From contig NC_092674.1 in assembly GCF_964355755.1 (NCBI RefSeq), positions 20,708,001-20,772,000 on the forward strand: 64,000 nucleotides of DNA. The letters run 5' to 3'. Made by a program: the position numbers and the translations under genes. The notes under the pieces were generated by a model. The model was given only the letters and a program-made list of their open reading frames with translations. It searched no databases and had not been told where the DNA came from. Below are positions 53,101-64,000 of this stretch, piece after piece; the first letter of the stretch is position 1; each line of letters begins with the position of its first letter. The stretch comes from Antedon mediterranea. Taxonomy: Eukaryota; Animalia; Echinodermata.

Positions 53101-55659
53101 CAGTTTGTACTAAAATTTAGCCTTAAATGAGGGTGTCTAGAAAACTCAGATCTTCAAAACGGTTTCTATATCTATAAAACTCAGATATCAACATCTAGGT
53201 TTTCTAGTTCCAGAATGGAACTAGAAAACTTCCATTATTAATCAGAGGGTAGGTTAAATACTCAATATTATACGTTTTTTTACTAATTGTAACTTGTAGT
53301 AGCCGCCTCTACGACTTAAATCATAAAGAAATACAGTACACATTTTCCTTAAGTAGCTTTAGCATTTAGCCTAGCCTAGCTGCACTAGATACAGTAGCAA
53401 ATAGCATGTTAAATTAAAAGGCAGCCAGGCTCCCGTTAATACCTTCATAATTTGATCGAAAGAATAGTAAAAACTGTTTATGGACATTAACATTGTGTTG
53501 TTGCTGTTTGATTACGTTGAGCAGAAATATCGTTTATGAGGTCAACCAAGCACCATATGTGTACCGCCAAACCAAAACCAGGCGTTTGTCGGCAGCAAGG
53601 GATTTCTGTAAAATGCTTCTGAATGTGTAAAACCTATATCTTGACCATTTTTAGTTTTTTAAATAATCTTACAGAAAATTTACCGTAGATTCCAAAAATC
53701 TATGTATTTTAAAGAAATTATAAGTATAAATCAATGAAAATAACATTTTAATGAGACCCCCTTTTTCGTCTTTGGTGAAAAAATCAAGTTCTATTCTGTA
53801 ATTTGTGTCTATTTCTAACCAACTTTTACCTCTTTGATTATGAGAAGACCCCTTAATGTGTGGTATTTTTAGAAAGCTCGTGAAAAAATCTTTCCAAAGA
53901 TAAAGGTTGTAGGTCATGTAAAATAATAGTATAGCCAATCAAACACATTCTTTAATAACCTTTTGGTATAAGCAAACCAGTCTTGTTGCTACGGAATCCT
54001 GAAACAGGCAATTTGATTGGCTAACAGAGTGGCTCAAGTCATTGAAGCGTTAAATTTGCCTTTAACAGCTATTCAAAGTACACTGAGGAAGCGGTAAGGT
54101 TTTAACAAAACATTCTTACTGTAAAAAACATTCAATATTAATTTATACTTGCTATTTATGCATCCTAGATAATAATAAAACAACATAGAATAGTTTAATG
54201 ATTTATATAATATGAAAAGTAGAAATATTGGCTTCGCTAGCGAATCATAAACAACAAGAGGTTAGAAAGTACGAAATGACTTTCTAGCGCGACACACTCA
54301 GTTTGGTGAACACAGAAACACTTTTGATCAAAATATTAGGCCTAGCCTAGGCATAAGATAAGAGATGAACTGTATGCCAGCTTAGTACTTCAAGTTAGCC
54401 TAGTAAAACCACCTAGCATACCTTGGTCAATGTGTTTAAAAAAGTTTAATTTAATTTTTCATTCTGTTTTCAGATCTTGATTGGTAATACTGTAATGTAA
54501 TACCAATAATAGTTTTGACAGTGGTGGTGATGCTGTTGCTACTTTCTCTTCTCAAACAACTCCAATAATGGTGATACGGTGCTTAATATAACTTTACAAA
54601 AATGACTTTGATTCTGATGATACATGAAACATGTATTCTATTATGCAACGTAACCCTAAATAAAACCGTGAAATAACTGTATCGAAAAATATGTATGTAT
54701 TTAAAAGACCCGGCACAAAAGATGAAAATACTGTTGTTGTAACACGCAGCCTGAAATGACCAAAATGTTATAATTTAAAGTGTACCAATTGTAAATAAAT
54801 TTAAACACATCAAACACAATCAACTGTCTGTGTATCTTTAATTTTGGTTCGTTTCTATGTGTTGTATTTTTATTGTCACTTTATTAATAGTACTTATTAT
54901 AGTTATTATTACAAGCCTCACACATAACATAAGTTTAGTAAAAAAAAGTTTACTAACGTATGTTGTTATTTGAAGTCTCATTTGACAATGTTAATGTTAC
55001 TGGATTTCTTTGAAATTTTCAATAATTATAGAAAAATGTATTAGTTACATTTGTGCTAAATTTCAAAGTCATAGGTATACTAGAAGTTAGCGTTGTCAAG
55101 GTGAACATGAGTCGCTGTCTGCCAGCACATATAAACTTCCTGTTTGAACTATTGTTTATCTTTGAATGCATTTTTCACTGCTAAATAAAAATTAATTCTT
55201 ACTTGTATTTCTTTACTTATTGTATCATAACTCTAAAAATACTTGACCAAATTGAATAATTTTTTCAGTATTTTAAAGCAAATTATGTGCTCTGTACAAA
55301 TATCTTTAAAACTCAAAATGTCACATTTACGACAAATGCCTGGTTTTGATTTGGCTGTACACATATAGGCCGGTGTAAGATTGAATTGTGTCCAGCATTC
55401 AAAAGTGTCCGGGCGGACACTTTTCAGCATTGGATAGTGTCCAGTTGCATGTTTCAACGGGTTCGTGGGCGTTTTTCAACAATTTAATGCTGTCCGGCCC
55501 GTTTAATAATGTCTGACCCATGGATTGAAATGCGTCCACTATTAAATACTGTATCATACGTTTTATGATAGGTGGTTGTTTTTATCACGCCTGCACTTGT
55601 CTTGTCTTCTTTTAATAACCAATAATACTTAATGATGCCAAACTAATTTTTTTTTCTAA

Positions 55660-56920
55660 TTAAAGATCGCTTTGCCTAAACACCTCCAATTAGGGACCAT
55701 TATATTATTTGGTATGTGAAAAGACAAGAAGAATAAATAATTGTTAAGTATGTGACAAAAACAAGTAAATGAAGTGGTCCTCTAATTAAAAATCACTTTA
55801 CCTAAAACACCTCCAATTAGCGACCATTATATTATTTAGTATTAATAAAGCAAGAAGAATATATATTTATTAATTATGTGACAAAAAACAAGTAATTGTA
55901 CTGGTCCTCCTTCAATAAAGATCCACTTTACTTAAAACACCTCCAATTAGCGACCATTTTATTAATTGGTATGAGTAAAGACAATAATAATTAATAGTTT
56001 TAATTATGTGACAAAATTAAGTAACTGTACTGACTGGTCCGCTTCCAATTAAAGATCACTTTACTTTAAGACACCTCTAATTAGCGACCATTTTATTAAT
56101 TGGTAGGAGTAAATACAAGAAGAATACATAGTTTTAATTATGATAGTGACAAAATTAAGTAACTGTACTAGTCCTCTTCCAGTTATAGATCACTTTACTT
56201 AAAGAAACCTCCAATTAGCGACCATTATATTATTTAGTATGAATAAAGACAAAAAGAATACATAGTTTTAATTTTGTGACAAAAACAAGTAATATTGTAC
56301 TGGTCCTCTTCCATTAAAAACCACTTTACTTATAGACACCTCCAATTAGCGACCATTTTATTAATTGGTATGAGTAAAGACAATAATAATTAATAGTTTT
56401 AATTATGTGACAAAATTAAGTAACTGTACTGGTCCGCTTCCAATTAAAGATCACTTTACTTTAAGACACCTCTAATTAGTGACCATTTTTATTAATTGGT
56501 ATGAGTAAAGGCAAGAATAATTAATAGTATAATTATGTGACAAAATTAAGTAAATGTACTGGTCCTCTTCCAATTAAAGATCACTTCAGTTTAAGAAACT
56601 TCCAATTAGCGACCGTTATATTATTTTGTATGAATAAAGACAAGAAGAAGAAATAGTTTATAATCATGTGATAAAAAACAAGTAATTGTACTGGTCCTCT
56701 TCCATTTAAAGATCACTTCAATTTAAACACTTCCATTTAGCGACCGTTTTATTATTTTGTATGAGTACAGACAAGAGGAATAAATAGTTTATAATCATGT
56801 GATAAAAAACAAGTAATTGTACTGGTCCTCTTCCAATTAAAGATCACTTTACTTTAAGACACTTCCAATTAGCGACCGTTTTATTATTTTGTATGAGCAC
56901 AGCCCGGAGCACAGACAAGA
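55660..56920 (+). repeat. ~120-125-bp satellite (about 10 units), resumes at 60638-60850
   Basis: Unit AAAGATCACTTTACTT..ACACCTCCAATTAGCGACCA...GTACTGGTCCTCTTCCAATT repeated head to tail. Confidence 0.92.
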
Positions 56921-57874
56921 TAGTAGGCATGTTAAGGTGCATATTTTAGGCAAATCCTTCAAATTGTGATAATATTTTGAAACTTTGCACAGTTATTCAT
57001 TAGGGTGTCAAAAACATGAAATGGAAGGGTTGCACAAAATTTGGTCAGGGGAAAGCCGCCATTTTGGATTTCAAAATGGCGGACCCCAAATTTTCACTTT
57101 TCAGGTATATCTCTGCTAAAAAGGCACCTAGAGTTCTGATTTTAGGTGCAAATTATATGGTAGTGGGGTCACCAAACATATTGGTATAACTAACATTTTG
57201 ATTGCATGGCGGCCATGTTTGATTTCAAAATGGCGGACCCCAAATTTTCACTTTTCAGGTATATCTCTGCTAAAAAGGCACCTAGAGTTCTGATTTTAGG
57301 TGCAAATTATATGGTAGTGGGGTCACCAAACATATTGGTATAACTAACATTTTGATTGCATGGCGGCCATGTTTGATTTCAAAATGGCGAACCCCAAATT
57401 TTCACTTTTCAGGTATATCTCTGCTAAAAAGGCACCTAGAGTTCTGATTTTAGGTGCAAATTATAATGGTAGTGGGGTCACCAAACATATTGGTATAACT
57501 AACATTTTGATTGCATGGCGGCCATGTTGGATTTCAAAATGGCGGACTTCAAATTTTCACTTTTCAGGTATATCTCTGCTAAAGAGGCACCTAGAGTTCT
57601 GATTTTAGGTGCAAATGATATGGTAATGGGTAACTTCTTTGATTGCATTGCCGCCGGCGGCCATTTTGAACGTAGCTCAAACTGTACTGGCTTTACACTA
57701 TTTGTTTATGTTTATAGTTACATGCATTTAACATGGACACTTATTGTAGGTCACATTTTCCCTGGCAACCACACAGCTCTGTATATCGTAAATCACTCTT
57801 TCTGCATTTACAGCGTCCAAGATCACAGTCGGTGTGTCCACAGCGAATTAAAACCTTTGTGACATCTGAGATGT

Positions 57875-58186
57875 GGAGCACTGTGGCGCAGTGGTTAGAG
57901 CATTGGACTTGCAATCAAGAGGTTGCTGGTTCAAGCCCGGTCGGTCACTGCAGTGTTGAGTCCTTAAGCAAGATTCTTTATCCACATTGTTCCTCCCCAC
58001 CCGGATGATAGAAATGGGTACCGGTATGTAAAAAGTACTGGGAAGGTAAATCAGACTCGTTTGTGCAGGAGGAGTGGCATACCCCCACAAACATACACAC
58101 TTAGTGGAGTCTGGCTCAAACGCTAAAGAAATGGAGATGGGCACCACGGCCATTATCATTAGCTTAGGTCTCGACACTTTACCTTA
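57875..58186 (+). mobile_element. tRNA-derived SINE (tRNA-Cys-like head, CORE/V-like body, TTTACC-type tail)
   Basis: TGGCGCAGTGGTTAGAGC (A box), GGTTCAAGCCC (B box), GTCCTTAAGCAAG...AAATGGGTACCGG, ends CTTTACCTTAC. Absent from the mirror arm. Confidence 0.75.
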
Positions 58187-58644
58187 CAGACAATGACATC
58201 CTATCGAAAACTGAAGTCATTCATGGCATCTTTTTCCAAGTCGGGTTAAATGTAGCTTTACCTTTTCCTTGAACAGATGAAGTTGTATCACAACCGCTAA
58301 AGGAATGAAAGAACAAGTAAGCGGCTGATGCTTGTGGTCCAAGAGAAGAAACAATCTCGTGTATTGGGATGTGCTTCCCCACTCCAAACTCGATCCAAAG
58401 CTCGTGGATCCTAGGTATTCTGTGGAAAGCTGACAATGCAATAACAATAACATCACTGTCTACAGTCTTGACAAGAATGCGCGGAAAAATTTCAGCGGCA
58501 TGTTTAACATGAACAAACATACATTCATCTGCCTCTATGTTACATGGCATCAGCAGTTGTATATTTACAGACTGGTTTGTTGCAGCTCTGTCTCCTAGAG
58601 ACCCTACAAACATTCCGTGATTTGTGTCAACTTCGATCAGTGAC

Positions 58645-59689
58645 ACGACTAGATTTGTTTTTCGATAGATAAATGACAGTTTAAAGTCTGGTACGCGTTC
58701 AAACCGCGTTTCTGGTGTAAGGAGGGTCGTTAAAGCCAGCGGGAGCATGCCCAACAATTGGACCACATTTTTTAGATTTGATGACAACAAATCAGAGTTG
58801 TTTTCATTTATTGTAACTGAAGTAGTAGAGAACATTGGCACAAATCACGGAATGTTTGTAGGGTCTTTGGGAGACAGAGCTGTAACAAACCAGTAAATAT
58901 ACAATCGCTGATGCCATGTAACATAGAAGAGGCAGATGAACGTATGTTTGTTCACGTTAAACTTGCCGCTGAAATTTTCCACGCATTGTCAAGACTGTAC
59001 ACAGTGATGTTGTTGTCAGCTTTCCACAGAATACCTGGCATCCACAAGCTTCTGATCGAGTTTGGAGTGGGGAAGCACTTGAAGTACATCCCAATACACG
59101 AGATTGCTTCTTCTCTTGGATCACAAGCATCAGCCGCTTACTTGTTCTTTCATACCATTAGCTGTTGTGATAGAACTTCATCTGTTTAAGGAAAAGGTAA
59201 AGCTACAGTACATTTAACGAGACTTTGAAAAAGATGCCATGTATTACTCCAGTTTTTGAGAGGATGTCATTGTCTGTAGGGCATGTTAGTGAAACAGACA
59301 GATTATCTAGAACAGTTTGTTGTAAGTATGTCTACTGCAGAACATTTAATGATGCAATACGATATCTTTTTACAACAAGAGAAAGACTATTGAAAATATC
59401 CCCCAACATCTGCGGCATTAAGAGAACATGTGAAACGGAAGCCAGGAAGTGGTACGACTGTCTAGATGCATTCAGGGTTGGACAGGACCCAGCGAACTGG
59501 GGATAGAGGAAGGGCGGCAACAAATTTAGTCCAGCTTGGAGTTCATTGCTTGGAGAACTTTCAGATGTCACAAAGGTTTTAATTCGCTTTGGACACACCG
59601 ACTGTGATCTTGGATGCTGTAAATGCAGAAAGAGTGATTTACGATGTACAGAGCTGTGTGGTTGCCAGGGAAAATGTGACCTACAATAA
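58645..59689 (+). pseudogene. Broken C-terminal part of Academ-type protein (XPG/PIN-like nuclease motifs + CXC Cys cluster); inverted copy at 58190-58626 and 57650-57870
   Basis: RLDLFFDR..SLK..R..R...PNNW..F...DNKSELF, EEADERMFVH, VDSDV, FFHSFSGCDTTS..GKGK, CKCRKSDLRCTELCGCQGKC. Multiple stops and frameshifts. Confidence 0.78.
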
Positions 59690-62600
59690 GTGTCCGTGTT
59701 AAATGCATGTAATTACGAACATAAACAAATAGTGTAAAGCCAGTACGGGTTGAGCTACATTCAAAATGGCCGCCATGCAATCAATGACGTTATACTAATA
59801 TGTTTGTTGACCTCAATATTATATTATACTTTGTAGGCCTACCTAAAATTATAACTGTAGGTACCGCACTGAAACATTTTGAGTTCGCCATTTTGAAATT
59901 CAAAATGACGACCGCCATGCAATAAAAATGTCAGTTAAAAACCAATATGTTTGGTTACCCATTACCATATAATTGGCACCTAAAATCAGAACTCTGTACC
60001 TGAAAAGTGAAAATTTGAAGTCCGCCATTTTGAAATCCAAAATGGTCGCCGTGCAATCAAAATGTTAGTTATACCAATATGTTTGGTGACCCCATTAACA
60101 TATAATTTGCACCTAAAATCAGAACTCTATGTGCCTTTTTAGCAGAGATATACCTGAAAAAAGAAAATTTGAAATCCGCCATTTTGAAATCCAACATGGC
60201 CGCCATGGAATCAAAATGTTAGTTATACCAGTATGTTTGGTGACCCCCCACTACCATATAATTTGCACCTAAAATCAGAACTCTAGGTGCCTCTTTAGCA
60301 GAGAAATACTTAAAAAGTGAAAATTTGAAGTCCGCCATTTTGAAATCCAAAATGGCCGCCATGCAATTAAAATGTTAGTTATACCAATATGTTGGGTGAC
60401 CCCATTACCATATAATTTGCACCTAAATTCAGAACTCTAGGTGCCTATTTAGCAGAGATATACCTGAAAAGTGAACAATTTGGGTCCGCCATTTTGAAAT
60501 CCAGAATGGCGGCTTTCCCCTGACCAAATTTTGTGCAACCCTTCCATTTCATATTTTTGACACCCTAATGAATAACTGTGCAAAGTTTCAGAATGTTATC
60601 ACAATTTGAAGGATTGGGTCACTTAACAGGCCTACTAAGAGGAATAAATAGTTTATAATCATGTGATAAAAAACAAGTAATTGTACTGGTCCTCTTCCAA
60701 TTAAAGATCACTTTAAGACACTTCCAATTAGCGACGGTTTTATTATTTTGTATGAGTAAAGACAAGAAGTTTAAATAGTTTATAAACATGTGACAAAAAA
60801 CAAGTAATTGTACTGGTCCTCTTCCAATTAAAGATCACTTTACTGTAAGACAGACAGATGACAGTTATCACGACTAAAAGGTGAAATATCTCCCGAGAGC
60901 CGCTGTTTTGAGGTTGACCTGACAATTGTGGCCATTACCAATTGGGACATTACCCTTGCTGGACATCTGGTAAAAATAAATACTGATTATGCTGCCACTC
61001 GCAAATCTGTTAAGGGACCGCTTCTCACAATGGACAACCTCCTGAAGTGGTAACCACCTCTCATAACGGACTGCTTTTCATAAACTACCACCGCTCGTAG
61101 ACGACCACTTCTTTTACCGACTACACCTCCCGTACGTGACCACCTCAATAGAGGTGGTAATGTGCGAAAGGTGGTCGTTACGGAAGGTAGTCGATTAAGA
61201 GAAGTGGTCCCTTAGGAGAGGTGGACGTTTTTTTTTTAGAGATTATTCGAAAAAAACAAAAAAACGAATACCCTTGAGTGAACGTATAATTATGATGCGC
61301 AATTAAGGTGTTTATTTTGCCATATAAAATATAAAAAAATAAATATTTTTTGGTAATATGCATCAACAATATTTTTCAAATGTATTTTAGATAGATAAAT
61401 AAATAATGTAAAATCTCTAGAAACAAAAAAAATATTGTTACTAACCAATTCAATGTTTTATTAAATAAAACCAAAAATCAGGCATCTGTGAAAAAAAATG
61501 TAATGAAAAAGAACTCACTTTAACAATGACGAACTTACTTGTTTAAAGCACTTTTGTTATCAGTTAATATTATTAAATTAGTAACAGCATTATGAATATT
61601 ACAAAATAATATTTTGAGAACTGAAAAATATTTTGAGGGAACAAATATATTTAGGGAGAACAAAATAAGATTTCAAGAACTGAACAATATAAAAAACGAA
61701 TTACTACTTCGAGACAAGGAATGATCGAGAGAACGAAATAATTTCGAGGGAAATTATTTCGTTCTCTCGCGAATTAGTAATTCGAATTCCAATGAAATAA
61801 TATTTCGAGAGAACGAAAATAGGTAGGCCCTATGCCTATATGATTTAGTGATATTCATTCCCTAGAAATAATAATACAGTACCGGTAGGCTATATTTTTT
61901 CAAGTTGTCGATTTACTTCAAATTGACAACAGGTTGTATTTACTCAATCAAAAACAAACAATTTAATTTGATTAGACTATATGTCTCCAGATATAATAAT
62001 AGTAATATTTATTTCAATCGACTTGATATTTTGCGATTCAAGTTGGTATTCTAAGGAATTATAATTACCCTAACGGGAGTTGGTGACCGTCCAGTGCCCT
62101 AGTTTTTACGGGGTTAATATGATGTCGATGGTCCTACTTTTTTATCGATGAAAGCTGCCCGGGTGGTTGCAGCCATTTTCAACAGCTGATATTACACTAT
62201 TCAATGCTGAAAATTGTCCAGTGGACACTTTCAAACACCGGACACATTTAAATCTTACACCGGCTACACGAATCTGATGATGAACATGACCACACACTTT
62301 GTAGAAGGTGCTGTAGCAGAGCGTACGGTGTGCAATTTATTCTATAAATATATTATTTCTGAAAAGTAAACATTGTGTCTACACCATGGCTTTGTAACAT
62401 TATACATATCATCCCTAACGGAGCCCCGTATATCAATAAAATTTAGGCCTGCTGGTAAGGTACGGTACTGCATAAGTTACAAATAGAGTTCTGAAAGTGA
62501 CTTTATTGGTCGTTCATAATGTAATAATGAAAGTATACTGCTATCTTTATCGTTATTGGTAACCAACAATAATTCGATATGATTGTTACGTTTGTTTGGT

Positions 62601-62794
62601 CCGATAATTAATAAATAAAACCCAGAGCTTTATATTTAGGTTAGTATAAGGCCTATCCTACTATTACCGTGGACCGGGATTGTAATGTATAATTTCTTGA
62701 ATTCAATTATGCAGAAATAATGACATTAAAAATGAGAAAAAGAACACAGATTATATTAATAACAATAACTTCATAATTTATTATATTCTTTCGA

Positions 62795-63680
62795 TAATTT
62801 AAACTTGATAGTAGAAGGCCTTTGACAGTGTGGACCACACTATTGCTGTGAACAAGCTAGTTAAATTAGGATGTAGACCAGAAATAATACCTTGGATCAT
62901 AAGTTTTGTTTCAGAACGTACACAAAAAGTGAAGTATAACTCCGTCTTGTTTAATAGTGTTCAAAGTGTTAAAAGTATGTAAATACGTTGATGATTTATG
63001 TATCGGTGAAGTGGTTAAAAGAAACAATTCTTCTAATATCCAACAAACAGTTAAGGATTTTTTTATATGGTCAAATGAAAATAAACTCAATCTTAATGTT
63101 GATAAATGTAAAATGATGTACTTTTCGTTTCAAAAAGCACTTCCAGTCATTGATCCCATTGTAATTGACGACCGACAACTGGAATGTGTCACAGAAGTGA
63201 ATATCATAGGTGTTTGGGTCCAAAACAACCTTAAATGGGATACAAATGTTAGTGAAATCATCTTTAAAAGTAGTAGAAAACTTTATATGTTATGTCGTCT
63301 AAACAAATTCAGTGTCCCTGTAGAAGATCTAGTAGCGGTTTATACTGGCTACATTAGATCTACCCTTGAATATGCGGCTCAAGTGTGGCATTCAGGTATA
63401 ACTATAAAAAAATACAGAAGAGAGCATTCCGAATCATTCTAGGTCATAAATATATAGATTATCCCCACGCATTACGTAACCTTAACCTCCTAATCGGAAC
63501 GTAGAACAAAGCTGTGCCTTAAACTTGCCAAAACTTGCGCAAAAGACGATCGTTTTTCATGGCGGTTCAATAAAAATAACACAGCTCACAATATGGTTCT
63601 TCGAAACCCAAAAAATGTTGAGCCATTAGCCAAAGTCAACCGTTATCATAATAGTGCAATCCCGTATTTTACCAGAATTT
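62795..63680 (+). mobile_element. 5'-truncated, degenerate LINE (CR1/L2-group) reverse transcriptase
   Basis: FDSVDH...WIISFVSERTQKVK, KYVDDL, WSNENKLNLNVDKCK, YIRSTLEYAAQVWH. The GVPQG block is deleted and the frame is broken. Confidence 0.88.
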
Positions 63681-63816
63681 TTAATAAAAATAATAATAAT
63701 ATATAAAGATTTTTAAAACAACTACAGCGTGCAACATCTGTTGGCTCCCTTGTGTTTTTTAGTGAATTTTTATACTTTTTTAATGTTTTTAATGAATTGT
63801 TAATCAGTTTAGTTTT

Positions 63817-63820
<4 letters not shown>

Positions 63821-63850
<30 letters not shown>
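63821..63850. repeat. (AT)15 microsatellite
   Basis: Direct read. Confidence 0.95.
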
Positions 63851-63855
<5 letters not shown>

Positions 63856-64000
63856 AGTGCATATCCGTACCGTAATTTTTATACTTAGTAATTTAAAGAT
63901 AATTCTTCAACCATATATTTTTATATCTAATTGGTAAATTTGTTATTGTCTTTATATGTGTATATTGATCTGTGCAATTTTTATTGTTATGTAAATCCCA

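Larger units (their letters stand above)
56921..60637. mobile_element. AcademX-like fold-back element inserted in the satellite
   Basis: Termini TAGTAGGC.TGTTAAG / CTTAACAGGCCTACTA, 3-bp TSD AGA (56918-20, 60638-40), subterminal ~125-bp tandem repeats with TTCAAAATGGCGG, internal nuclease-like and CXC remnants. Confidence 0.85.
55368..62264. mobile_element. TIR pair (G)GCCGGTGTAAGATT ... AATCTTACACCGGC flanked by TA; possible outer element hosting the satellite and Academ
   Basis: ~70-bp imperfect inverted match between 55368-55440 and 62195-62264, with TA on both outer sides. Confidence 0.55.

Noticed and set aside
55660-56920. Regular repeats as a CRISPR array
   Set aside because: The whole unit repeats with no unique spacers, there are no cas genes, and the context is eukaryotic.
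57875-57950. tRNA-Cys(GCA) gene
   Set aside because: Acceptor and T stems pair poorly and it continues into a SINE body and tail.
58221-58841. 206-aa ORF as an intact gene
   Set aside because: It is a chimera across the fold-back junction; its N-terminal third is antisense of the + strand remnant.

Overview
AT-rich animal genomic DNA with GT-AG introns. It looks like a marine invertebrate deuterostome such as an echinoderm, which is an inference from the domain and repeat content. The window is dominated by a tandemly duplicated minus-strand gene for a very large secreted or surface protein: signal peptide, EMI, 8 EGF/cbEGF, 2 CCP, EGF, an uncharacterised region, a coiled coil enclosing a Cys ladder with a hydrophobic tip, a polybasic furin-type site, 2 Ig domains and a Cys-rich repeat. 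Copy A (25345 down to 252, continuing off the left edge) appears intact over 16 exons. Copy B (52379-30238) is a pseudogene, and a third eroded fragment lies at about 28.1-28.9 kb. Introns and flanks hold three Academ-like elements (TAGT..ACTA ends, 3-bp TSDs; two are fold-backs), a 9-kb element with a 9-bp TSD enclosing a ~7.2-kb palindrome, tRNA-derived SINEs, a tRNA-like tandem array, a ~123-bp satellite and a LINE RT remnant. Paralog comparisons show recurrent TA-to-TAGGCCTA micro-insertions that look like transposon excision footprints. All calls were made by eye with no database searches.
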